DNA from: a virus
Virus record (IMG/VR): IMGVR_UViG_3300013004_000041
Span: 17,061-81,060 of that record
Direction: 5' to 3' (one strand)
DNA: 64,000 bases
The position numbers and the translations under genes are program-made. Shown here one piece after another: positions 29,717 to 38,627 of the stretch. How positions within the stretch are numbered: the stretch's first letter is position 1; each line of letters begins with the position of its first letter. The notes beneath the pieces are model-generated. The model saw nothing but the letters and a program-made list of their open reading frames with translations, was not told the DNA's origin and did not search any database.

Positions 29717-31747
29717 CTACGAGATTTTTATTTCACAAACATCTGTAGTACAGTACATTTCGCCCTGTGCCTCAAGATTTTCTGCTCCGTCATAAATAGC
29801 GGACCAGTCTATCTTTTTAATCTGACCAATATATGCATTATATTCTTCTTCGGTAATTTCTGTATATGGCTGTTGTGGATATACTTTATTTCCCATTGGC
29901 AAGAATGAAACTGCTTTTAATTGTCCTTCATACATATGTAATGCAGGAGCAACATGCTTTGACTCTGTTTCTTTGTCAAATGAAAGTGTTACAGAAACAC
30001 CATTATCAGACCAGTACTTCTGAGCAGTAGCAGCAAGCGCAATCTTTTCAAATAATGTAACATCCTTTTCAGATCTTGAGTGGCCTGAGTGAACTGGGAA
30101 ATATACGACAGTTGTATTTGCTGATACAAGGTCATCTTCCATTTTATATCCAGCAGCCTTGAATAAATGCAACATGGGGTCAGTATTTCCAAAGCGAATT
30201 GCTCTCAAGAAATAATTACCTCCTGGTGCCCAGTGAACTCCTGGCGTTGCGCCAGAAAGAATTGATACAGACCCTGATGGCTTAATAGTTGTAACTCTAA
30301 TGGACTCACGAACGCATAGCCACTCTGAATACTGATGATCATATTTACGAATAGTATTATAACCTTCGTCCATCCATTCTCTTACAACAGGTAAGCCATT
30401 CTTGTCTGAGAATGAGGCAATGCCTGTAAGTGATGTTCCAATGCGACGATTACGCTGCATAATCCCATTTGTCTGTTGCCAGTGTGTAGGAATCAGCGTT
30501 ACAGTCTTTCCGTATAGATAGGCAAACTTAAGGGTACGCAAAAAGTCTTCCTTGGATTCATGTCGATTTAAGTGCACTTCTACAAGTGTACATAATTCAT
30601 ATGATTCCAATGGCTGCTCTGCACATGGATTGAATCCCATAACACGGTAATCCTTTCCATCTGGCGCATCCTTAAGTCTGCCGTAGTTACGAGCAACGTC
30701 AAGCCAGATAAAGCCTGGTTCTCCGTTGTTAACGATAAGATCTACATAGTCTTCGTACTTTGTTCCTATTTCAGCAGCGATAGAATTATTAGACATCCAT
30801 GCCCACCCTGGATTTTCTGGATCAAATGAATTTCTTTCTGGGAATACCTCTGCATTTTTTAAATTCATAAAGTCTTCATCTTTAGCAGCACCCAAAGCCA
30901 AGGTAGCAGATCTTCTAACATTTCCTGATACAACGCAGGTACCAATCAAATTAACTATATCTACTATTGCTCTTGAGTCAAGTGTTTCTCCAGCCCTTCC
31001 GCCAATTACAGACCTAATCTGATTGTGGAGTTGAATTAATGGTGCTGGACCACTTGCTGTACCGCCAAAACCCTTGATAGGCGCTCCTAGAGGCCTAATT
31101 AGGTCATAGTTAAACTCTTGAATAAAATGATTTGGCCTTAAGTATGAGTTAATAATTAATCTTACAGACTCTACCCAGCCTTCTCTTGTATCTGGAATTT
31201 CATATACTTGTGCTGGCTCTGTTGGTTCATAAATAGGAAGTTGCTTATCAGCACCGACAGTATCGAACCCTACTCCTACACCCATCATTAATGCGTCCAT
31301 AACCCAAGCAAACAAAGTACCTGGATCGTTTCTATCTATGTCTTTTGTAGATACCATCGCACAATTTTGTAGTGCTGCAGAGTTTTTCTTTTCCATGGTT
31401 AGCGGAGTTCCAAATGCCCACATACCACGTCCTGGTGGCGTCCACTTTAAATTAAACATGCGATCAAACGCTTCTTTGGCAGATGCTTGTGCCTTATAGT
31501 CATTCCAAGGTAGCCTGTTTTCTTTAGCATGATTCTTTTGAGCCGAATACATACCCTCGATTACTCTACGACAAACCTCATGCCATCTTTCTTTGGTTCC
31601 GTCTTCTTTCATACGAGAGTAGGTACGAATAAAAGTAATCTCTCCAAGTGAATTACCACCAGCATCTGCAAAACCGAATGGTGGCTCTTTTGTTTTATAC
31701 TCTCCTACAAACTCTTCTGACAAACGAAAACTAAAAAAATCTGACAT
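29717..31747 (-). CDS. nrdJ: class II (B12-dependent) ribonucleoside-triphosphate reductase
   Basis: PPGRG, LQNC, NPCAEQ, TIKPSG motifs and C-terminal CTTDVC; no beta-subunit gene adjacent. Confidence 0.9.
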   Translation of the reverse strand: MSDFFSFRLSEEFVGEYKTKEPPFGFADAGGNSLGEITFIRTYSRMKEDGTKERWHEVCRRVIEGMYSAQKNHAKENRLPWNDYKAQASAKEAFDRMFNLKWTPPGRGMWAFGTPLTMEKKNSAALQNCAMVSTKDIDRNDPGTLFAWVMDALMMGVGVGFDTVGADKQLPIYEPTEPAQVYEIPDTREGWVESVRLIINSYLRPNHFIQEFNYDLIRPLGAPIKGFGGTASGPAPLIQLHNQIRSVIGGRAGETLDSRAIVDIVNLIGTCVVSGNVRRSATLALGAAKDEDFMNLKNAEVFPERNSFDPENPGWAWMSNNSIAAEIGTKYEDYVDLIVNNGEPGFIWLDVARNYGRLKDAPDGKDYRVMGFNPCAEQPLESYELCTLVEVHLNRHESKEDFLRTLKFAYLYGKTVTLIPTHWQQTNGIMQRNRRIGTSLTGIASFSDKNGLPVVREWMDEGYNTIRKYDHQYSEWLCVRESIRVTTIKPSGSVSILSGATPGVHWAPGGNYFLRAIRFGNTDPMLHLFKAAGYKMEDDLVSANTTVVYFPVHSGHSRSEKDVTLFEKIALAATAQKYWSDNGVSVTLSFDKETESKHVAPALHMYEGQLKAVSFLPMGNKVYPQQPYTEITEEEYNAYIGQIKKIDWSAIYDGAENLEAQGEMYCTTDVCEIKIS

Positions 31748-31834
31748 TGTTTTTCTCCTTTAAATTCTATGTTGGTTAAGTATACCAGAGTTTTTGTTTT
31801 TATAAAACTCTAATGTTATTATTGAGGGTTGTTG

Positions 31835-32848
31835 TTAAGAATTAAAAATGCTTTGATCTATCCAAGTTTTTGGAGTTAGATCATTTACAATTTCCACTGG
31901 CAAATAAAAATTAAATTCTTGTGGGCCACGGCTTCTTACAAATTCAATCATTCTAGTTAATGTTGTATCTAGTGGAGTTGAAGGATTATAATCTAAAAGC
32001 ATCCTTGCTTTATCTGCTGAACAGTTAGCAAACCTTACTTCCTTTGGTCTATCTGGAAGATAGATTGGATCTAAGTCAAATTCTAATAAGTTTGCTATTC
32101 TAGATGCCAATTCATTAATTGTTATAAAGTTTTGATCTGGTCCAAGATTTACTACTTCTCCATCTGCAACATCTGTTTCCACTATTTTTGCAATAGGATC
32201 TACAACATCCTGAATGTCTGAAAAACATCTCATCTGTGAACCATTACCGTATATGATTGGCTGTCTTCCTTGAAGCATTCTATTTATCATAATACCCGCA
32301 ACATTTCTAAAAGGGTCTGTATAGACCTGTCCAGGGCCTATGATGTTGTGGGGTACAGTTATAGTAAAACTAATGCCGTGAACCTCTGAAAGGACCCTCA
32401 GAGACTGTTCAAAGGCTACTTTAGCGACTCCATAAGGATCCTGTGGTTTTGGAGTCATATTTTCCGTAAATGGCAAAGAGTCCTGGGTTCCGTATCTAGC
32501 CATACTGGAGGTAAATATAAACTTTTTTACATTAGACTGTATTGCACATTTTAGTACATTCATAGATATTCCAAAGGTGTTATCAGTAATTGTCTTGGGA
32601 GAAAATATAGACAAACCCTCATGTGGTGTACATGCTGCGTGAATTACTATATCTATATCAGCAAAATCTTCTGCTGTAAGATCATTGCAGTCTTTTTCAA
32701 TAAACTTAATATTTCCTGGAACATTGTCTTTGTACCCCCCAATAAAATTATCAACACCGATAACCTTATGCTTTATAGAAAGTCTATTTGCTATGTTACT
32801 ACCAACTAACCCAGCAACTCCAGTTATTAAAATATTACTCATAGCCAT
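31835..32848 (-). CDS. NAD-dependent nucleotide-sugar epimerase/dehydratase
   Basis: TGVAGLVGS Rossmann motif, TSS, and YGVAK (YxxxK). Confidence 0.9.
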   Translation of the reverse strand: MAMSNILITGVAGLVGSNIANRLSIKHKVIGVDNFIGGYKDNVPGNIKFIEKDCNDLTAEDFADIDIVIHAACTPHEGLSIFSPKTITDNTFGISMNVLKCAIQSNVKKFIFTSSMARYGTQDSLPFTENMTPKPQDPYGVAKVAFEQSLRVLSEVHGISFTITVPHNIIGPGQVYTDPFRNVAGIMINRMLQGRQPIIYGNGSQMRCFSDIQDVVDPIAKIVETDVADGEVVNLGPDQNFITINELASRIANLLEFDLDPIYLPDRPKEVRFANCSADKARMLLDYNPSTPLDTTLTRMIEFVRSRGPQEFNFYLPVEIVNDLTPKTWIDQSIFNS

Positions 32849-33983
32849 TACCTAAAAAATAATCAAAACTATTTTTTGCTAACTGCTCATGCCTTTTGCC
32901 ATAACCAATATTTGAAAAAATAATATCTGATAACTGCTCTAATATATTTTTTTCAAAATCTGTAATATCTTTAGACATGTTTAAAATATTTATAAAGTCT
33001 AACTCTATATCTGATAAATAATAACTGCTCCAATTTTTATCATTTCCTTCAAAGAAATCTTTATCAATTTGTAGATACTTTATAACTTTATTCAATTTAT
33101 CATATTGCTTGGTTTTTATATAAATAGCAGCAATTCTTAAATACAAAAACATTTTTTGATATTCGCTAATATCTGTATTCATTAAAGAATCATAAACTGT
33201 TTTTGTTTGTTCTGGGTTAAATAATGTATAGGCTAAACTAACCAAATATTGATCAGGGATTTCAACATTAACTGAAGATTCTACGTCTTCTATAAAAGCG
33301 CTAAGTTCTTTATATATTAAGTTAAAATTATCCTTGTCATCTTTTTCATAATATGAAAGAGCAAGGGACATTAGGCCAGATAACATTATTTGATTATTTC
33401 TGTATCTTTTAATCTTGCCAACATAATTTAAAAATGAATTTATATATAATGTTTCTCTATTTTCAAATCTTTCATAATCTCCTGGCATATCTCTAACTTC
33501 TACATCTAAAAAAGTTCTTGTCATTTCTTCTGGGAAATACCCATATTTTTTAATCTCTGGCCTATATCCGAACCAAAAGCATCCCTGTCTTTTGTGAATT
33601 CTAAATAATTTTTTAACAACATTTCCATCTGCCAAACCTTCAGATGACATTAAGTTACAAACTAAAATTTCTTTATCATCATTATGATCAATTACTTTTG
33701 CTTTCCAGTCTTTTGTAATCATGTGCTGATCTATGTCTAAATTAATACAATAATCATATTCTAAAGGAATTAAAGAAAGTGCTGTATTTTTTGCATGTGT
33801 TTCATCCCATGGATTAAATGCTGCATTTATTACGTTTATGCCGAAAGACTTTGCGATTTCTATAGTTTTATCTGTGGATCCAGTATCAAGATATAAAATA
33901 TAGTCTGCATCTTTTATGCCCTCATACCATCCAGCAATATTAGATTCTTCGTTTTTACCAACACCATAAGCAGCAATTTTCAT
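32835..33983 (-). CDS. family 2-like glycosyltransferase with helical C-terminus
   Basis: MKIAAY..KNEE, LDTGSTDKT, LDID (DxD); start moved to ATG 33983, coupled to the upstream stop. Confidence 0.8.
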   Translation of the reverse strand: MKIAAYGVGKNEESNIAGWYEGIKDADYILYLDTGSTDKTIEIAKSFGINVINAAFNPWDETHAKNTALSLIPLEYDYCINLDIDQHMITKDWKAKVIDHNDDKEILVCNLMSSEGLADGNVVKKLFRIHKRQGCFWFGYRPEIKKYGYFPEEMTRTFLDVEVRDMPGDYERFENRETLYINSFLNYVGKIKRYRNNQIMLSGLMSLALSYYEKDDKDNFNLIYKELSAFIEDVESSVNVEIPDQYLVSLAYTLFNPEQTKTVYDSLMNTDISEYQKMFLYLRIAAIYIKTKQYDKLNKVIKYLQIDKDFFEGNDKNWSSYYLSDIELDFINILNMSKDITDFEKNILEQLSDIIFSNIGYGKRHEQLAKNSFDYFLGNGYE

Positions 33984-34108
33984 TATGGCTTTATCCTTTT
34001 TGCCCCGCATCTAGTACATGTTTGATAGGTTCTCATTGTATATGGGCATGTTACTTCATCCTTAGATGTTTTATGACCTTTAATATTACACAATATTTTT
34101 TTAATCAT
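33983..34108 (-). CDS. small Zn-ribbon protein (41 aa)
   Basis: Not in ORF track: MIKKILCNIKGHK...CPY...CTRCG; overlaps both neighbours. Confidence 0.6.
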   Translation of the reverse strand: MIKKILCNIKGHKTSKDEVTCPYTMRTYQTCTRCGAKRIKP

Positions 34109-34298
34109 TTACTTCCTTAAATGAAATTGCCCTATTCGGACAATGAGATGCAGCAAGTTCAACCTTATCTTTTAATTCATTAGGAACTGAATATTTCCAA
34201 GTTTTTCTTTCACTATCTACAAGTTGAAATATTTCTGGAGCATCAAAAACACATTGTCCCCACGACTGGCATGCTTTTCCAATCTTAATCTCAATCAT
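34101..34298 (-). CDS. single-cluster (3Fe-4S type) ferredoxin
   Basis: CQSWGQC...APEIF...CPNRAI motif of actinobacterial-type ferredoxins; start at ATG 34298 after GGAG. Confidence 0.8.
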   Translation of the reverse strand: MIEIKIGKACQSWGQCVFDAPEIFQLVDSERKTWKYSVPNELKDKVELAASHCPNRAISFKEVND

Positions 34299-34608
34299 TT
34301 TTAACATCTCCGTAAAACTCAATTTCTTTTAGTGCGCTTATTAACTCATACTTTGCGTCGCCATCAAAGTTGTCAAAGTCTGTTTCTTCAATATCCTTTA
34401 TTAAAACATCTATTCTTTTTTTAACATTTTGATATTGTGCATCATTAACTTTTGACTCCTTATTTAAAAAATAAAGTCTATTCCATAATGTATTTCTAAA
34501 ATAATCTTTATCTTTCTTTAGTTCTGCAATTGTTAGTCCAGTATCTATAGAATACTTTTTAAAAACAATTAATAAAAAAATAAGCGCAACTAAAAGAACA
34601 TAAGTCAT
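34291..34608 (-). CDS. hypothetical membrane-anchored protein
   Basis: N-terminal hydrophobic helix, 105 aa. Confidence 0.55.
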   Translation of the reverse strand: MTYVLLVALIFLLIVFKKYSIDTGLTIAELKKDKDYFRNTLWNRLYFLNKESKVNDAQYQNVKKRIDVLIKDIEETDFDNFDGDAKYELISALKEIEFYGDVKND

Positions 34609-34609
34609 A

Positions 34610-35272
34610 TTACACCAGTGGAATCCAGTGTTGTTCCCATTCCTTTGGAATAAAGCGTAATGGAATTACGTCGTATGCCATTGTAATTCTTGGACCATCC
34701 CAGTCCCAATCTCCCATAGCATGTGGATGCCCTGTTTCAGAAAGAATTGCACGATTATTCTTATTGTGATTTTCTATTTCATTTTCAAATACACGATAAT
34801 GAGTAATAGATGGTTCAGCCTTTACACAATAATAACCGTGGAAGTACGGAGCACCATCTCCTCCATGTTCATGCCAGTCTAATTTTCCAATGTGGTTATA
34901 GTTTACGTTAAACCATCCTTGAACCATAAACTGCTCTTGAGTAAAATCTAATTCATAATAATCACAAGCATCCTTAGTCATATCACGAACTGCACGGAAA
35001 AGAGTATGAATATTAGGATCGTACATTTGAAAAACATTATACTTATTCCAGTTCATAGTAGTAATGCTTCCAGAATTATCCCACGGAGTATTATCATTAA
35101 GTTTTTGCTTAACAACCTCTCCTCTTTCAATTCTCTTATACTGATCTAAAAGAAATACTTCTAAATCTTCTAGATTATTGATGTCAATTTGTCTCTCAAA
35201 AAACTTATGTTCTTTGGTAGATTTACTTGTACTAGGCTGTGTTGCATCGCCATACTCTGATTGATTTTTCAT
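34610..35272 (-). CDS. putative 2OG-Fe(II) oxygenase
   Basis: WFNVN..WHEH..HGYY..HPH..RITMAYD pattern of a DSBH oxygenase. Confidence 0.65.
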   Translation of the reverse strand: MKNQSEYGDATQPSTSKSTKEHKFFERQIDINNLEDLEVFLLDQYKRIERGEVVKQKLNDNTPWDNSGSITTMNWNKYNVFQMYDPNIHTLFRAVRDMTKDACDYYELDFTQEQFMVQGWFNVNYNHIGKLDWHEHGGDGAPYFHGYYCVKAEPSITHYRVFENEIENHNKNNRAILSETGHPHAMGDWDWDGPRITMAYDVIPLRFIPKEWEQHWIPLV

Positions 35273-35280
35273 TTTTTATC

Positions 35281-36042
35281 CTATCTATATTTTTTTCTCA
35301 CCCAACGGTGCTTTTTGTAGAACCCATAAAGATAATTTCTTTTTCTTTCTACGTCCCAGATTCCTTGATTTTGTAAACTATGATCTATCTTTTTTTCCCA
35401 ATTAGCACGTTTAATTGGAATAAACTGAATAATAGGTGTTCCCTTTTTAATTGTACCTTCAAAATCTTTTCTTAAAAAGAATGTAACTACATTTCCACTA
35501 AACCATCTGTCTGAATCTTGAACTGCAGTCATAGTAAAGAATGGAAGGTCATATCTATTAGTTGGATGAGTAATCATTAAAGACCATCCATCTGGTAATT
35601 TGCATCCCCATCTCATGTCCCATAAAAAGTGTATAGGATAGCATCCTGATGGTACTGGGATCTCTAAATGGCCACGCATTTCGATTGGTCTTGGCTCGTC
35701 ATCTCCCCAAGTAACTTCTGGCTTATTTGGATCATCTGTTTTTTTAACATGAACATCACATGCAAGTGGTAACTGATATCCCATAGTTAGGGCATCAAAA
35801 AATGGCATACAGTGCTTAATGCTAATTGCAGCAGAGTCTGCTCCTTTATTCCAAGTGACACTAAGATCGTCTATATTGTCATGTAATTGGTATAAGGGTC
35901 TATCCTTCCACCAGTCTGGTAAATTGTCAATTGCTGCTACTGGTTCTGGTGTAAACTGATAAGCAGTTGAAGCCCAGAACTCTGCCGTAAGATTTTCCAT
36001 TTCTGGAACATCTTTATACATATCCTCTAACTTATCTCCCAT
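35281..36042 (-). CDS. DUF6065-like protein
   Basis: KHCMPFFDALTMGY, GWSLMITHP and IKKGTPIIQFIP motifs. Confidence 0.5.
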   Translation of the reverse strand: MGDKLEDMYKDVPEMENLTAEFWASTAYQFTPEPVAAIDNLPDWWKDRPLYQLHDNIDDLSVTWNKGADSAAISIKHCMPFFDALTMGYQLPLACDVHVKKTDDPNKPEVTWGDDEPRPIEMRGHLEIPVPSGCYPIHFLWDMRWGCKLPDGWSLMITHPTNRYDLPFFTMTAVQDSDRWFSGNVVTFFLRKDFEGTIKKGTPIIQFIPIKRANWEKKIDHSLQNQGIWDVERKRNYLYGFYKKHRWVRKKYR

Positions 36043-36755
36043 TACTTAAACACCTTCTTTTCCCACATAAAATTTTTATAAGATCCGCCAAACTTAGCCC
36101 TTAGTTTATACGAAATTGCTTTAAGAGCATGCATATCTGGCTTTTCTAATATTTCAGATCTAAACTCTTCTCTTTTATAAGGAATACATTGTACTAGGGG
36201 AGTGCCCTTTTCAATCGTACCCTTAAATCCTCTTTTTACTAAAAGAGAGAATGGTCCATCTGAGATGTACATATCGGTATCAATTATAGCAGGAACAATA
36301 ACAAAAGGCAAATCATCATGAAATGATGGATGGATAAACATAGTACTATATCCTTTTTCAGTTCCAATTACCCACATAGGGTGTACTCTAAAAATATCAT
36401 CTACATATAAATTTTTATCGTATGTCCATCCATCTATCTGCTCTCTGCTGTGCTTACCAATTACATCATTATGTATTGGATGTACTTGAACTTCAAGGCT
36501 TTCTCCAGTTGCATCAACATAAACATCACATGGAAACTTTAACATGTAACCCGTAACCATTTGATCTAAAATTCCTGGACACTTTTTAATTGTTTCATTA
36601 TATTGTCCACCAATTAATTTTCTTTCTCCCCCAACAAAAGGCTCTGTCTTTCTCCACCAGTGAGGTATATTCTTAGACATTGGTTCTGGATGTGGCGCAT
36701 ATTCAAAAGTAAACTCATCTTTTGGAATAAATTTAATATTTTTTTGTTTTGACAT
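36042..36755 (-). CDS. DUF6065-like protein (tandem paralog)
   Basis: KKCPGILD..TGY, GYSTMFIHP and IEKGTPLVQCIP motifs, matching the adjacent gene. Confidence 0.5.
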   Translation of the reverse strand: MSKQKNIKFIPKDEFTFEYAPHPEPMSKNIPHWWRKTEPFVGGERKLIGGQYNETIKKCPGILDQMVTGYMLKFPCDVYVDATGESLEVQVHPIHNDVIGKHSREQIDGWTYDKNLYVDDIFRVHPMWVIGTEKGYSTMFIHPSFHDDLPFVIVPAIIDTDMYISDGPFSLLVKRGFKGTIEKGTPLVQCIPYKREEFRSEILEKPDMHALKAISYKLRAKFGGSYKNFMWEKKVFK

Positions 36756-36757
36756 TA

Positions 36758-37534
36758 CTATTCCTCTACTCTCATGTACATAAAAATCTCATCATGTTTA
36801 ATATAAGGAGATTTGCTTCTTACATTGACATACAATTGTACAGGAACCTGAACACTTTTGGTATCAACTGGACAATCTATTGTTATTTCTTCAACCTTTA
36901 TTCTTAATCTTTTTTCTATTTCTTCATCTGTAAAAAATGTCACCTTAGAAGAATTTTTTGGAAGCCATCGAATATTCCATAAATACCAGTAAGGGTACAG
37001 AGCATTCGTATCGTTTTTGCTATATAAGTTATCTATCTCTTCTTTTGTTAATTTTATATCTTTAATTTTTTCATCATCAACCTCTAGGTGCTGATAGAGA
37101 GTTCTACTTAAAGGCATTGGCATTGGAAGGCTAAAATCTTGTCCAGTTAAAGTATAATTATAATTAAAACTATTCTTTAAAAAAAACACATCAGCAGAAA
37201 CACGAAGACGATATAGGTTATCTTCAACTTTTTCTGGCTTATAATTTGTTTCATGAACCCATCTATTTTCAGGAACCCAATAAGATGCTCCATCATCATA
37301 TTCTTTATGCCAATCACTTGGAGAATATTGTGGTTGTAGTTCTCCAGAATCTAGTTTTGGCTGAATTTTTTTTTCATATTCTTTAGTCTCCATGGCAACC
37401 TGAGAACTAATTAAAAATGGAGTAGACCTTGTTTTTGACAAAGTTTCTTTATTCATTGCAACTGTATCATCAGACCACAAGAACTCTTGTTCGCTATAAT
37501 CTGGATAATAGTTGTCGTTATATTTACGAGACAC
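36758..37534 (-). CDS. hypothetical protein
   Basis: 258-aa ORF starting 3 bp after the PASTA-Hint gene. Confidence 0.55.
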   Translation of the reverse strand: MSRKYNDNYYPDYSEQEFLWSDDTVAMNKETLSKTRSTPFLISSQVAMETKEYEKKIQPKLDSGELQPQYSPSDWHKEYDDGASYWVPENRWVHETNYKPEKVEDNLYRLRVSADVFFLKNSFNYNYTLTGQDFSLPMPMPLSRTLYQHLEVDDEKIKDIKLTKEEIDNLYSKNDTNALYPYWYLWNIRWLPKNSSKVTFFTDEEIEKRLRIKVEEITIDCPVDTKSVQVPVQLYVNVRSKSPYIKHDEIFMYMRVEE

Positions 37535-37536
37535 TA

Positions 37537-38583
37537 TTAGTTATCTTTCGTATCGAAAACCAACATTGTTTCTGTAAAGAAGTTGTCGTACGGCTCACAG
37601 TTAATAGAGATAACATTGTCAATATAGTTTAATTCTGTTACGCTTGTAACTGCAATCCAGTCTTGATTAGAATAATCATAAACTTCATAAGATGTATCTA
37701 TATCTCTTGAAAGAACAAACTTATAAACATCATCTTTTCTTGCAAAGATCCAGTGTGTTGGAGAGAAAAGGCTTCCGTTGATGTTGTAAATCTTATCAAC
37801 AGTCTTTTCTTGTATCGCAACCACCTGAGTTTCAACAACTTCGATCCCGTCGAATGTTGAAGATGTCCATACTGCTGGATCAAATTGAGAAGTTCCTACT
37901 TCTGCGATATTTAGTCCTAGAAGTGTATCTCCAACTTGTAAAGAACCTGCAGTTACAATTCCTCCTGGAGTTCTAACACCAGTTGATGGTGATAATGAGA
38001 AGTAAGATCCGAAACCACCGTATCCTGCTGGAGCATGGCTAAAACCACCATAACCATGACCAAAGTTATGGTAGAAGCCACCATATGAGTGTGAGAAGTT
38101 GTGGTAGAACCCACCATATGAGTGTGAGAAGTTGTGGTAGAACCCACCATATGAGTGTGAGAAGTTGTGGTAGAAGCCATGGTAGAAACCTGCGTAATGG
38201 CTAAATGAGTGGTAGAAGCCATGGTAGAAACCAGCATAGTGGCTGAAACCAGCATAGTGGCTGAAGCCTGCGTAGTGACTGAAACCAGCATAGTGGCTGA
38301 AACCAGCATAGTGGCTGAAGCCTGCGTAGTGGCTGAAACCTGGATAAACATACTGATAGTAATTAATAGCAACGCTGGTACCAATATTAACTACGGTACC
38401 AGCGGTCACTGATTGTGTATTTATCTTTTGATCTAAGTTAGCATCAGAGGTAGTAGTGCTTGTCTCTGTATATGTTAACCCCTTTAATGTAAGTTCTGCC
38501 TGATACTGACTTCTTGTCATACCAGATAGGCTAGGTACAGAAACCTTTCTTATACCTCTATCACCAGTTCTTTGTAGTGCCAT
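37537..38583 (-). CDS. PASTA domain + Tyr/Phe/His/Gly repeat core + C-terminal Hint-like domain protein
   Basis: VPSLSGMT..TQS.TAGTVV..GTSV (PASTA); YAGFSH and YGGFYHNFSHS repeats; SLSPSTGV..LQVGD..SPTH..YDNFF (Hint blocks). Confidence 0.75.
   Translation of the reverse strand: MALQRTGDRGIRKVSVPSLSGMTRSQYQAELTLKGLTYTETSTTTSDANLDQKINTQSVTAGTVVNIGTSVAINYYQYVYPGFSHYAGFSHYAGFSHYAGFSHYAGFSHYAGFSHYAGFYHGFYHSFSHYAGFYHGFYHNFSHSYGGFYHNFSHSYGGFYHNFSHSYGGFYHNFGHGYGGFSHAPAGYGGFGSYFSLSPSTGVRTPGGIVTAGSLQVGDTLLGLNIAEVGTSQFDPAVWTSSTFDGIEVVETQVVAIQEKTVDKIYNINGSLFSPTHWIFARKDDVYKFVLSRDIDTSYEVYDYSNQDWIAVTSVTELNYIDNVISINCEPYDNFFTETMLVFDTKDN
38002..38343 (-). repeat. coding tandem repeats (18-bp and 33-bp units)
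   Basis: Six 18-bp GFSH units at ~38239-38343 and three near-identical 33-bp units at ~38068-38170. Confidence 0.9.
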
Positions 38584-38627
38584 TTAGATCATTCTCCTAT
38601 CAATATTTTATTTAATTTTACTGCTTT

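Noticed and set aside
37540-37998. Canonical splicing intein or mobile element
   Set aside because: No terminal His-Asn, essentially no C-extein and no homing endonuclease; treated as an autoprocessing Hint domain.
38068-38170. Three ~33-bp direct repeats resembling a CRISPR array
   Set aside because: Head-to-tail with no spacers, in frame within a CDS, and no cas genes.
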